A stretch of DNA of 64,000 nucleotides from Octopus vulgaris (GCA_951406725.2 OX597833.1:68944001-69008000); one strand, 5' to 3'. Counted from the first letter of the stretch, positions 12,350 to 26,187 are shown. A program made the numbers and translations. Notes: generated by a model not told the origin, from the letters alone.

Positions 12350-13329
12350 ATATTTTACAATATAAATTAAAGGTAGTTTTGGAGCTAATTATTTATATTA
12401 CCTGTAACGCAGTCGTCTTGATTCAGCTTGCCGTCATGTGAAGCAATCATGTCACACCGATCGTCATTGTATAATATTCTGAATAGTTTTTACAGCGTAG
12501 GGTGTTTCCACGTGAATGATAATCAATGTTTAACTATTTCCCAATAATATCTCCCACTTAAAATTATTGCTCCAGGTATTCTTTATTCCGGATGTACTAA
12601 CACCATGCACAGCAGAGGTGATTAATACCATGCTATTTATATTTATTCAATGCCACACACACCCAGGGTCATCCAAAGAATTTGATGTAACCAGGATATG
12701 ACATCAAATCGAACGATTCTCATGAACAACGCATTAAATATTGACCTGAGGAAGTGATAAATTTCGACGTTGCTCCTGAGATATTTCTTTCAGTCTTTAA
12801 GTAAATAAAGAATTTCAGAAATTAATCGAACCATTTCGGTTCGATATTGAAATTTCGAAATTTTCAAATTTTCAAGGTACTTTATTTTGATATCGTCATC
12901 GTTTAATTTAACTTGTCACTAATTACATTAAAATCTATATAGAATGAATGCATCCACTTATCTAGTATAATAGCCCCATAATGAAACTTGTCTTATATAT
13001 TTACATATCTTAAGAATGTTTGATACTGATCGATCTTATTACAAATAACATTTCATAGAACACTGTAGAACATTTTTTTTAATATCCATGAGATTTTGAG
13101 GAAAGACCTAATTTAGACCATTATGAAACAAAGCGTTTTAATCTGAGAAGCAGGGACTGTTACAGGCGTATTGGCATTAAAGTAATAATCAAATATTCCT
13201 CTCCCCCAGAACGATTCAGGACCTTCTGGTTCTCATAATCGTATCCCCTTCATATAAACTTTGGAAACATTTCTTTTCTCCGTTAAATTCGGACATTTTC
13301 TGTTGTTGAATAAAAGTCAAAATTGTCGA

Positions 13330-13515
13330 AATTTCAGTTAAATGACTAAAACGTATAACGGGACTCTCAATGAGAAACCTCTCCCCTAGCACCATGATTC
13401 TACGTTCGGTACCACTGCGTAGCAACTTGACCAAGTGTTTTCCACATCAGTTTCGGGCCGACCAAGCCCTCGTGAGTGGATTTGGTTGGCGGAGAGCGAA
13501 AGAAATCACTCGTCA
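13330..13515 (+). mobile_element. family B SINE 5' part, degenerate
   Basis: GTTCGGTACCACTGCGTAGCAACTTGACCAAGTG...GGGCCGACCAAGCC...GTGAGTGGATTTGG. Confidence 0.65.
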
Positions 13516-13935
13516 TCTGAATCCACGGTTGCATACTAGATGTTAATTTGTTAATGGCTCCCTCATATACCATTGCACTATCAGACCCGTTCTGCTTCAG
13601 TATTCGCCTTTTTACTTGAAACTGTATCTCCTACAATTACTGCGCATATAAGTAGCGATATTCAATGAAGTACTGGACTGACACTACTCATCATTCTCCC
13701 CTAATAAGCTTTATTGATATCCAACCAAGATGGCGCTTTTGATATAAACACTGTCACAATGAGAACATCGTGAATATTCTTCAATATGGTCAAGATGATC
13801 TTCTGGTCGACAGCAACGTAAAGACAGTCGCACGACACATATCAGGAAAACGTTAATTGACATACCAACAACACACAGAATCGTAAAACTAACTGTTAGA
13901 ACTCATTATCAGACAATTTTCTACCTAGCAATTAC

Positions 13936-14164
13936 CTATTTCTTTACTACTCACAAGGGGCTACACACAGAAGGGACAAACAAGGACAAACATATTAAGT
14001 CGATTACATCAACACCAGTATGTAACTGGTACTTAATTTATCGACCCCGAAGAAATGAAAGGCAAAGTCGACCTCGGCGGAATTTGAACTCAGAACGTAA
14101 CAGCAGAAGAAATACCACTAAGCATTTCGCCCGGCTTACTAACGTTTCCGCAAGCTCACCGCCT
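13936..14164 (-). mobile_element. family A SINE with TSD
   Basis: Reverse complement of family A; flanking repeat CCTAGCAATTAC on both sides. Confidence 0.85.
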
Positions 14165-15354
14165 AGCAATTACTCATTAGCAGTTTGATAGATAAATAAG
14201 TATATTTCAGACCACTTTATCTACTAACCCTCAACAAAGCTTATGTTTGAAACACATTTAAGGAGTTCCCTGACAACTAGGACGTTATTTCTGCTGCAAA
14301 GAGACATCATCAGCCGTGTCCAAATAGGCCAACAACCTGATTGGCATAAAGTAAATAAAATATACTCACTCAGCCGCTATTTACAGATGCTCTTTATTCT
14401 CTCCCTCTCTCCATCTGACTCCTGTGGTCACCTTAGCTAACTATTCGCCTCGACCCTGCCAGATAGGTTTGTTTATATTTTTGCTCCATCTCAACTCGAG
14501 TAGCCACGATACTCTTGTCCATTTTCTTGAATCATTTCGTGTCCACTCAATCTATATTAACCGCGTGTATTTCTCCATTCGCAGAATGACGGTCCTAACA
14601 CTTTCTTATTCTTGCGTTGCTGCAGACATTAAGCTTTTCTTTGTACGAACAATTATTGTATAAATTTCGTTAATCTCTATACATCAAGGGAGGTTGTGGT
14701 GATATTTTTCAATTGAAGATCATTTCTAGTCTGTATATGTGTCTGGTAAATGTACAGAATGACTAAATCTCCGCAATTTGTCTTCATTACTTTCGTCATT
14801 TTAAGGATATTAAAACAGATCAAAATCCACCAAGGAAATAGATGCAAACATGCTTTCTGTCAAACATGGCCAGGCGATTCTAGAAAATTCTTGTTAGTTC
14901 GTTAATGACGAACTTTAAATCTCCAAAGTTTTGAAATATTTGCTTGTATTTTATTAAAACAAATGACCTCTAACTGATGAGCGTTAAAGACATTTCCTTA
15001 ATATCAGTTGTACATGCATTTCACAGAAATGAATTTGGTATTTCCTCTGAGTCGTCTCCTTCATCATCGCCCCTCAATTTATTTGTTGGATATTTCAGCA
15101 CGATAGACGACAAACAAGTGTCCTCCTATGTGGAACCAACCAATATAGAGATTGTGTCAATTTCTATTTCTGTAAGTTTAATGTATATTTAATGTAAATC
15201 CTAAAAGCTTAGAATATTAATTACTTTGGATTGAAAAGATCCAGCTCTAGATAAATGGAATTTTTATGCTTTACCAGCATTAAGGGCACGTTGAAACAAA
15301 AGAGAATTCAACCGAATAAAGTCATAACGCTATTAATTTCTTTTACTAATGAAA

Positions 15355-15720
15355 ATAGATAGATACAGACAGACAGGCCGACAGAGATAGATAAAGACTG
15401 ACCGACAGAGATAGACAGATAGATAGATACAGACAGATCGACATAGACAGACAGACAGACAGACAGACAGAGAGATAGATACAGACAGATCGACAGAGGT
15501 AGATAGACAGATACAGACAGACCGACAGAGGTAGATAGATAGATTGATTGATAAATAGATATATAGATAGATATATAGATAGATATATAGATAGATAGAT
15601 AGATATATAGATTGATTGATTGATAGAGATATACGTAGGTAGATAGATCGATAGATATGTAGGTAGATAAATAGATAGATGGTTACAGACAGGCTGGCAG
15701 AAATAGATACATAGATAAAT
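15355..15720. repeat. (GATA)n/(GACA)n compound microsatellite
   Basis: Directly visible. Confidence 0.95.
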
Positions 15721-16139
15721 ATATATGCGGATGCCGGACGAACAGATTGAGGGGAAGAGAGAGGGGAGAGAGAGATAACTAGATGAATTCTGGTGAGACG
15801 ATTGCGTCCCTTGTCAGGGGCAAAAATAGCCAATCAGTCATTATTTAATTTTTTATGCGCCAGTTGTCTCTGTAATTACCTCTTTTATAAACACACAATC
15901 GGATTCAACTCTCTCTTTCTCGCTTTTTTTCTCTTTTTTTCCCCTTGTGTACGTGTGTGTGTACGTGTTTGTCTTTTTTTGTGCGTTTGTGTGTGGCTAC
16001 GTAAAAAGATATATACGTTCGGCTATTCGAATGGATTTACTCAGGAGAATGTTTTCCCATAATTAACCGCGATACTAGTAATGCAGTAATTTCACCGACT
16101 AAATACGACAGTCTAAAGCCTCTGTGTAGTACTGTTCTA

Positions 16140-16445
16140 CATTTTAGAGATGAGGAATTCTGTACATTATTTACAATGGACGGATATGTCTCCTCATCTG
16201 GATTCTTGTTACCACAACGTTTCGGCTGATTTACTCTCCAGCATTCATCAGATGTCCTGCTGGAACTTTGAACCTAGACGTGGGTTCTCATTCCTCAGGT
16301 ATTTTTTGCTAATGGTACTATCTTTATTATTATTTATTCAAGGCACTGCCTGGAATTGTACTCAGAATCTCGTTATTAGCAACCCGCGCTCTTACTTAAT
16401 AATTACGCTATATGCCAGGCAGTGCCTTCAATAAAGAATAATAAT
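16140..16445 (-). mobile_element. short element carrying hammerhead core and an internal inverted repeat
   Basis: Minus strand CTGATGAATGCTGGAGAGTAAATCAGCCGAAACGTT (16216-16251); inverted repeat AAGGCACTGCCTGG/CCAGGCAGTGCCTT. Confidence 0.55.
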
Positions 16446-16606
16446 TTTATTACCCACAGGGGGCGACACACAGAGGGGACAAACAAGGACAAAGGGATTA
16501 AGTCGATTACATCCAACCCAGTGCATAACTGGTACTTATTTAATCAACCCTGAAAGGATGAAAGGCAAAGTCGACCTCGGAGGAATTTGAACTCAGAATG
16601 TAAGGG
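16445..16606 (-). mobile_element. family A SINE 3' part
   Basis: GAAAGGATGAAAGGCAAAGTCGACCTCGG. Confidence 0.8.
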
Positions 16607-17439
16607 CAGCGCTGTGTTTGGGAGTGTGGTCAAATTTATTGAGAAACAAAAGCGGATGACAGGTGTAGAAACAAGCAGGTTTATTAGTATAACGCTCGGG
16701 AAGAATAGAAAGGTATTTTACGTTTCCAGCCTACGGGTATATATATATATATATATATATGCAAGCACATATGTATGTAGATATATGTATGTATGTACAT
16801 GCATGTATGTATGTATATACCAGTAAGCTTCCTAGGTAGCAAAGTAGCGAAAACGAGTGTATCGGCGGTTGAAGGATGTAAGTTTGATTCACGGGTTGAA
16901 TGACATGTTTTCTGAAACAAGTTATCACATTTCCTGCTGCTGCTAATCTCTAGATTAGCGACATAATCTCTACCCGGTCAATATCTCTCCACTGATTATC
17001 CACTTAATCATTGGGTAGTCGTCTATTTACATCCGAAATGCACTGAAAATTTCACAAAAATTCTGCCTCCTTTATAAACCTATAGCATTGAAATTGCATT
17101 TCCATACGCTTACCAGAAGAGCTTCCAAGTTAACCCTATCTTGTAACAGTCTCGATTCACATCTACGCAAAATCCAATACATGTGAGCCGATAGCTACAT
17201 GTTCATATTAGTGTGAATGTGAGCAGTTTTCACTATTGCACCACATGTGTAGTATATATCATGTCTGTCAGAAGTCAGTAAAAATAAATAATTTCAATGA
17301 AACTCTTTTCATTTTTGTTTGTTGACAGTTGTTCGCCGAATAAATCACATTATCTTCAACGAGACAGCTAAATACTTATTAAATTTTGAATGTTAATTTC
17401 CTTGTTGTACAGTATAATACATAGCTATCCGTGAATGTG

Positions 17440-17980
17440 TAATATATATATATACGTTAAGTAGACGTAATATATGTATATATATTATATGTGTGTGTGT
17501 GTGCGCACGCGTCTGTATATTTATAAAAATATGTATATATGCACATCTAATAATTGTATATGTATGCACATATACACATATATACAATTGCATATATACA
17601 TATATATTATACACACACATATATTTACTATATATGTACGTAACAATATATATACACAGAAACATATGCCTATTTAATTGCATATATATGTGCGTGTGCG
17701 TATATCCATATAACGATAGATATATACGTATTATATGTAATTGCATATATATATACACACATATATGTATTATATATATTTGTATGTATATAACTACATA
17801 AGCTATGTACATATATATATATATATATGTACATTATACATATATATATGTACACAAACTATGTACATATTTATATACATACATACATACACACATACAT
17901 ACACACTCACGAACTAGGTATATATATATATCATTGTACTACGCACACACATGTACGCGTGCGTGTTTTTGTAATATATA
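17440..17980. repeat. degenerate TA/CA low-complexity tract
   Basis: Directly visible. Confidence 0.85.
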
Positions 17981-18789
17981 AATATAAAACTGACTTTTTC
18001 AGCAGACATTATTTTGTAATTTTCGTTTTCTGTTTTTGACACTTAATAGTATGTTACATTTTATCTCGGCAAAAGGACGACTTGTCAAACTTTAATACTT
18101 TCGGTGAATTATATCACAAATTAAAAATTCTATATTTCTCTCAAATACTCAGGAGATTAGAAAGGCGGTCAATACTTGTTTTCACACCAGAATAATTATT
18201 TCGAAAAGGGGAAAAAAAAATTCAGTAACTATGGAACTAATTACAGTTGTAATTTACAGGTAGAGTTCAATATTAAAAGCAGTAAATTTCCAGTGTATAT
18301 TTATTCCTCCATCATTCATATTACTGTAGAATTATGCAAATTTCGATCAGAAAAAAAAATATATTAAATATTTAGAGAACTAGTTAAAATCTCAAAATGG
18401 CGCTTACACAATTTTCAGTTTAGTTTTGCTTACGCCATTATGTATCCTTTTTCTTCAGAGAGTACGATTTGATAACTTATATCTATCGTTATTAATAAAG
18501 CCCGAAATTTTGATTAGGCCATCGGTTATATTCGTCGGCATATTTCACTGGGATTTATTCTATGAACCCATTAGAACAAAGGTATACTATTTCTATCTTG
18601 GCATATTTGAAGTCAAATCAATTCAAAATTTCGAATCACATATTGGAATTGCGTTGTCTTATTTTATGGTTTCAGCTAATCTAAATCTCTGAGTATATTA
18701 TGTGTATTTCAGATGCGATAATCTACCTATGTAATATCATGTGATGGAGCTATTACACCACATACTTTATAGAAAGTAATGATATTGCC

Positions 18790-19253
18790 TTCTACTACAG
18801 GTGCAAATCCTGAAATTCTGCACTAGGGGACGATTTGATTACATCGACATGAGAATTCAACTGGTACTTATATTACCGACACTACGATGTTGAAAGGCAA
18901 CACTCGACCACGGCGGAACAATTCAGAAATTAAAGACACACAAGCCGAGCCGCCGTGCATTGTGCCCCGCGTGTTAACGAATCTGCCTGTTTGTGGCCTT
19001 CTTAATAAAAATGATAATCTTCCAATCTACGATGCGCACAAGTCCTGCCATTTTTCTACTATTGGCACCAAGCCTCAAATTTTGTGGGAGGGCACCAGGA
19101 CTAGATCGATCTCAGTACGCAAGTGATGCTTAAATTATCGACCTCAAAAGGATGAAAGGCAATGTCGACCTCGGTGGAACTTGAACTGAGAACGGACGAA
19201 ATGCCGCTCAGCATTTTTTCCCGGCATATCAACGATTCACCTAGCTCACAGCC
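18790..19253 (-). mobile_element. two degenerate family A SINEs in tandem
   Basis: TGAAAGGCAACACTCGACC (~18890) and GGATGAAAGGCAATGTCGACCTCGG (~19150). Confidence 0.6.
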
Positions 19254-19257
19254 TTAA

Positions 19258-19335
19258 ATAATAATGATAATAATGATAATAATAATAATGATAATAATAA
19301 TAATGATAATAATAATAATGATAATAATAATAATG

Positions 19336-19366
<31 letters not shown>

Positions 19367-19585
19367 TAATAATAATAATAATAATAATAATAATATAATA
19401 ATAATAATAATAAGGATAATAATAATGATAACAATAATGATAATAATAATAATAATGATAATAATAAGGATAATAATAATAATAATGATAACAATGATAA
19501 TGATAATAATTAATAACAATAATACTGATAAAAATAATAATAATAATAATAATAATAACAATAACAATAACAATAATAATAATAA
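19258..19585. repeat. (AAT)n/(GAT)/(AAC) trinucleotide microsatellite
   Basis: Directly visible. Confidence 0.95.
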
Positions 19586-20080
19586 ATTATATGACTTTGT
19601 CCGATTTCATTATCGTAATTTCGTTTCGATACAAGAATGTGAACTGAAATCACCTCCGCTTCAAGAATGGCTTATAAAACCCACTGTTATAAATCACAGC
19701 AGCAAATTATCGATACAGGAAACAGATGAGTACAAACATCAAAGGAAATTTCTATGCCATCCGTTATACTAGATTTTACTGCTAATTAACTTCCCGGTTG
19801 TCTTTCCACAAAAAAAAAATGATAACCGACAGAATTTTCTCACTTGAAAGAAGCATTTTGTGTTTTTTGTTGGTTTCTGGTTTTTCTCTTCTTTACGAGA
19901 CGCAATATTGTATCATTGATGTGATTTATAGTATACACATAAGTTTTAATATAAAGTTTATGATATCATGATGACATATGTTAATGGTGTAAATGATGAT
20001 GTTTACGGCGACACTGACAAAAATTATGACGCTAATTACGACTACGATACATACAAGTCTCCTACATTTTTTCTTTCTCG

Positions 20081-20120
<40 letters not shown>

Positions 20121-20314
20121 GTCGTGGTGTTAGTTTGAACCGAGAGTATTTTGACAGAGACTCGAAGTTTCAGCCATCGCAGTGTGCTAATGGCTTAGGC
20201 GGGTGAAACTTCGAAGTCATTGTCAACGATATTCTTATTTAGGAAGAAGAAAGTACAGAGCAACCAACATATTAATGTAACATGTTTTTTTATAAGTGAA
20301 CTTAGAAATAATCA

Positions 20315-20352
<38 letters not shown>

Positions 20353-20357
20353 CTCAT

Positions 20358-20664
20358 AGCACTCCGATCAATGAACAGCCTGCTTGTGAAATTAACGTGC
20401 CAGGGGCTGAGCACCCCACAGACACGTGCCTCTAAACGAGGTTCTGGGGGAGATTCAGCATGACAGAGTGTAACAAGGATGGTCCTCTAAAATGAGAAAC
20501 AGAAAGATGTGGTGAAAAAGTACAGCGGTGTTCTGCACCAACCTCTGCCGAAGCCACGTAGAGCTTTAGGTGTTTTCGCTCAACTAAACACTCACAAGGC
20601 CCGGTCTCGAAATCGAAACCGCGACCCTACGACACCGAGTCCGCTGCTCTAACAACTGCGCCCC

Positions 20665-20667
<3 letters not shown>
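20358..20667 (-). mobile_element. family C SINE, tail type 1, diverged
   Basis: Matches 4297-4684 with deletions. Confidence 0.8.
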
Positions 20668-20716
<49 letters not shown>

Positions 20717-21251
20717 ACACATACATGTATATACACACACACATAAACACATATATGCACACACATATATATACATATATATATACATATATCATACTAT
20801 AGATAGATAGATAGAGAGATAGATAGATAGACCTAGATACACACATACAAATGTTTAAGCGTTCGCGTGAACTTTTCCTGCCCGTGGCCGAGTGTTTAAG
20901 ATATCGCTTGATAGATAAAAATAATTGACTTAGGTTCCCCTGTAGCATCTCAAGAATATTTTATTTATCAATCATCTTTAATTCGACTGAGAAATGGTAG
21001 TGAAATACGTAGAAATTAATATTTCAGTTACCTTTCAGTTAATCTTAATTTTATTCTGGCCTTGTTAAGCATTGCGTTTGAATGACACTCATTGGACAAT
21101 GCATCAAGGCTTCCATTCCCTTTGGAATACTCGGCCACTTAGTCTAAGTTGAAAACTATTCAGTGATTTGATAGCGCTTGTGATTGACTGCGTAGGTATT
21201 CGCCGTGTCAAAATATATGCTGACATTTAAGATATGTGAATGTTTATCCGT

Positions 21252-21370
21252 TTGTACGCAGCCATTGTATATGAAAGCAACGCCTCTTGTCCGATCATCC
21301 TAGTTAAGCAACATCTGAACTGGTCAATGCTCGGCTGGGTGACTGCCTGGGAAACCTAGGTGTTGTAAAC
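21252..21370 (+). pseudogene. diverged 5S rRNA copy
   Basis: GCCAT...GTCCGATCATCCTAGTTAAGCAAC...GGGTGACTGCCTGGGAAACCTAGGTGTTGTAAAC aligns by eye with metazoan 5S (GTCCGATC..AGTTAAGC..GGGTGACCGCCTGGGAA..GGTGCTGTAG). About 119 nt, many substitutions, no T4 terminator. Confidence 0.8.
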
Positions 21371-21462
21371 ATCTTAATTATTTAGGCCTAGCTTTATACT
21401 AACAAGTTTGCTTCTCCACATGGGTCCAGCCCCACTCCGTAGCACTTCGTGTATGTTAACTG

Positions 21463-21793
21463 TATCAGGTCATCCCATAAGTTCTGTCCGATTTCACCAT
21501 TTTTTTTTTTTTAAATTGAATAAAATTTAATGGTATTTTCGAATGTCTCATGGAATTAAAAAATAGTTTTATGCATTTGTGCACATTTAAACTAATTAAA
21601 TATTATTTTACAGAATAATAGAATTAACACTTCTTTGATTAAAACCCTTCCTAACATGGAAGTATCCAAAGAGCATTTGAGGCACATGATTCTTTATGAG
21701 TACGAAAAAGGAAAAGCTGCAACCGAAGCGATTCGAAACAAACACTCAGTAATTGGAAAGACTGCTTGAATGAAAGAACTTGCAGGAGATGGT

Positions 21794-21796
<3 letters not shown>
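21463..21796 (+). mobile_element. mariner 5' fragment (TIR + N-terminal HTH)
   Basis: TA-TCAGGTCATCCCATAAG end. ATG at 21656: MEVSKEHLRHMILYEYEKGKAATEAIRNKHSVIG/DCLNERTCRRWF (Mos1-like HTH, 1-nt frameshift). Truncated at a TA tract. Confidence 0.85.
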
Positions 21797-21824
<28 letters not shown>

Positions 21825-22182
21825 TTGTGTTTTTATTTGCAGTTAAAATGAAAATAATTTTCGATTAATCTGATAAGATACTGTACACTTTTGTAGAGTA
21901 CAGATTTATTATTCTTAAACAAAAATGATGTTCAGAGAGAATTCGAAGTTTTGGTCAGCTAATCTATGCTTTCCTCGCTAAAGTCTAATGAATATATGCT
22001 CAATGTTATATGTAAAGGCATGAATACTAACATTGAGTTTTTCTATGAGATACAATGACTCACTACATTTGGATTAATGCTAATTTATTTTCACTCAAGA
22101 CAAGTCTTAAGAAGTGACTCAAATACTGCAAATTTCGTACACGGTCCTTCATTTACTCTTAAAAATCGGTTACACACGTACA

Positions 22183-22229
<47 letters not shown>

Positions 22230-23364
22230 CGCTGTATGTTGTGTAAAATCGATCCATTCGAAACCGATAGATATGACAGATTTTTATAGCCATCTTTTTT
22301 CCTTCCTATTTCCAAATGATTAACGACATGTGTCAGAGACGTTGCGCAGTGAATGCTAATACATAATTGAGAAATTTATAACACTATATATCTACATATA
22401 ATCAGACATTTTCTATGTTATTATTATCTTTATTATTATTATTGCTATATTTTTTTGGTGTTTCGTCTACGTCATAATTGATGTTTGTATAAGATATAAG
22501 TATATTTTGTCAGCAAGTGTAAAATGAGGCTGGCAACATAACGAAGGGTGATGTATCATTTCAGTGTTTTCCATTAAGTTTGTTGACAATATGCATAGAA
22601 TTTATGGCTTTCATATTTGGCATCTTATTAGCGACAAACTAGCAGTAAACTCAAGTGGATGGCAGACAGTGGGCGTGGAAATTGCACGCTATCTCAAGCG
22701 CGCACACACACACTCGCAAATCAATACACATATATACATACAGCAACTATTTTATATATATATATATATATATTATATACACACATAATATATATTTTAT
22801 CCTTGCGAATCCCTTATCCGAAATCCCTGGATGCAAAAATGTTGCGAATTTTGGAGTACTTAAATATTTGAAATTATAAGATGGAATTCGGTCTCTAATC
22901 TGTAGACCCTATCTTATCCATTTGCATTTCGTTATATAACTTATTCATATACCCTTATAGAAATTTTATATAACACTGTTTCCGTTTTTCTATAACACCA
23001 TGAGAAATGTAAGGTATCATTTTCCATTTACGATGTCATGTTTTGATTAAAATTTTTACATTGCTCGCATGCGAATTTTGCTTTATATTTATGTATTCTA
23101 GCAAAGAAATATTAGGGTTTTTTTTTTTTTTTTGCTTTTAGGTGTAGGAAGATAGCATTGAATATGATTACAGGTAAATATATGAAAACTATAAGAGTTA
23201 ACATTTTCCTTTTAAAGTAATGTATGTACAGTTAATGGCCATTCATGTTTTACTAATCAAACATGCACATGGACAGAAACAAACAAACAAGGAACAACGT
23301 GGCTGCAAAGCGCGCTTCTTACGCACACAGTTATGATTATACCTGGTTTGTTCGTTTAGTCGTC

Positions 23365-23982
23365 GGCTTGTTCCAATCATTGGATTGCAGCCATGATTGG
23401 AACCCTGCCTTGAAGTGATTTTAGGCGATTGAATCGACCACTGTACATATTCTATCGGCGTTTTTTTGCCAAACCACCAAGTCACTGAGACATAAACCAA
23501 CAACTTTTTCCTTGTGAGTTGAAATGTTCTAAACTTACATCTGAAATATTTTCACAACACATACATACACATACATACACACACATACACACACACACAC
23601 ATACACACACATACACACACATACACACACACATACACACACATACACACACACATACATACACACATACATACATACACACACACATACATACACACAC
23701 ACATACATACATACAGACAGACAGGTAGATAAATAGTTAGTGAGAATTTACAAAAACCAAAATACGAAGACGTGTGTTTAAACAACAAACAGATGTATTT
23801 GTTTAACGCTCGGGAAGTAATGACGGGCTTCGTTCAGTTTCCTCCAACCAAATATACTGACAAGTTTGGTTTGCTTGCGGCTACATTAGTTGGCACTTGC
23901 CCAAGGTGCCACGTAATGGAACTGAATCCAGAACCATATTGTCGGGAAGGAAGCTTCTTACAACGCAACCACGCCTGCTCCT
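23365..23982 (-). mobile_element. old family B SINE with inserts in its microsatellite
   Basis: 3' part 23365-23503, 5' part 23820-23982 (CACTTGCCCAAGGTGCCACG). Confidence 0.7.
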
Positions 23983-24179
23983 GGCTAATTAAAAGCAGTT
24001 TGCAGATGGTTTATTTGGTAGAATGTCTCCCAATCTTGTGAGTTGAAATGTTCTAAACTTACATCTGAAATATTTTCACAAGCATTTGTATTGTGAACCG
24101 ACCTATAAATACATACCGAGCGTAAAGCACAGCGTATAACAGTAATAAAGTGGAACAATGTATAATTAACATGGTTTTA

Positions 24180-26187
24180 CAGTCAGGTAGAGTTGAATTA
24201 ATGCACGTTTTATTCGAAATGTGTCACGATAAACGCGCTTACACTGCAACATTGCTTCAACAGATTCTATCAACATCTTGCCGAAATGATATGAGTGAAT
24301 AAGTAAATCACGTCAGCAATAAAGAGAGAGTTGCGTACAGGGAAGAACGATTCCATTAGATGAATTCCGTTATTTCACTATTGTTGCGTTAAGTATCTAT
24401 AATGACATTCGAAAATCGATATATATTTTATTAAAAGCATTACTCTGATAGGTATATAGCAGTACTTCATTACACCTACCCACACTGTAAGGTTGTATAT
24501 GTATATTTATGAGTCATATAAATTCCGTTGCAGAATAGATATTAAATTGTCATTTGTACCCGAGATGAGTCTACGCTTACAAATAGAGAACGGAGTTTAT
24601 ATCGAACTTACAGGAAACATAACTTCTGTGATGCATTTAGTGTAGACATTGGTCGTAAATAAGGAGAGTGAGACGAGTAATAATTCATTTTGTGGTGCGA
24701 TCTTGATTGTTTCTGATATCCAGGGAAGATTTGCTTCAAAACGGAATTAGTAATATTACAACGTTAATTTATCGGGTAAATATAGATATGATAGCAAAGA
24801 CACGCACACAGACACGTATAGTATACATACAATAAATGTACATGAATTTTCACCAACATACATGCACTTAGGCCTGTTATAAATAAATATAAACATGCGT
24901 ATACGTTATAAAGTAGATGATTATGAATTTGAAACAATAATGATATGTTTTCACATGTTAATACTTGAAGAGGAAATATGCATTCACACACATGAATATG
25001 GTCATATGAATAAATAAATAAATAAATAAAATATATATATCACCATCATCATCACGTGACCGACCAGTCCATCAGATGTAGTTACACGTCGCTGGTCACA
25101 ATGCGTTCGCATTGTTTTAGCCTTCGAATGAAGCGAGCAGGCCAATAGAGGAAAGAGTGTGAGAAGGAGTACAGCAGGGATCACAGTCAGGTAGAGTTGA
25201 GCTAATGCACGTTTTATTCGAAATGTGTCACGATAAACGCGCTTACACTGCAACATTGCTTCAACAGATTCTATCAACATCTTGCCGAAATGATATGAGT
25301 GAATAAGTAAATCACGTCAGCAATAAAGATATATATACATACAGGGAAGAACGATTCCATTAGATGAATTCCGTTATTTCACTATTGTTGCGTTAAGTAT
25401 CTATAATGACATTCGAAAATCGATATATATTTTATTAAAAGCATTACTCTGATAGGTATATAGCAGTACTTCATTACACCTACCCACACTGTAAGGTTGT
25501 ATATGTATATTTATGAGTCATATAAATTCCGTTGCAGAATAGATATTAAATTGTCATTTGTACCCGAGATGAGTCTACGCTTACAAATAGAGAACGGAGT
25601 TTATATCGAACTTACAGGAAACATAACTTCTGTGATGCATTTAGTGTAGACATTGGTCGTAAATAAGGAGAGTGAGACGAGTAATAATTCATTTTGTGGT
25701 GCGATCTTGATTGTTTCTGATATCCAGGGAAGATTTGCTTCAAAACGGAATTAGTAATATTACAACGTTAATTTATCGGGTAAATATAGATATGATAGCA
25801 AAGACACGCACACAGAAACGTATAGTATACATACAATAAATGTACATGAATTTTCACCAACATACATGCACTTAGGCCTGTTATAAATAAATATAAACAT
25901 GCGTATACGTTATAAAGTAGATGATTATGAATTTGAAACAATAATGATATGTTTTCACATGTTAATACTTGAAGAGGAAATATGCATTCACACACATGAA
26001 TATGGTCATATGAATAAATAAATAAATAAATAAAATATATATATCACCATCATCATCACGTGACCGACCAGTCCATCAGATGTAGTTACACGTCGCTGGT
26101 CACAATGCGTTCGCATTGTTTTAGCCTTCGAATGAAGCGAGCAGGCCAATAGAGGAAAGAGTGTGAGAAAGAGTACCGCAGGGATCA
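24180..26187. repeat. 1004-bp direct tandem duplication
   Basis: 24180-25183 repeated at 25184-26187 with few differences; twin ORFs 24764-24991 and 25768-25995. Confidence 0.95.

Noticed and set aside
14500-14535. Minus-strand ENGQEYRG kringle-like motif
   Set aside because: No conserved cysteines; followed by stops
19241-19772. poly-I/L/N/Y ORFs
   Set aside because: (AAT)n microsatellite
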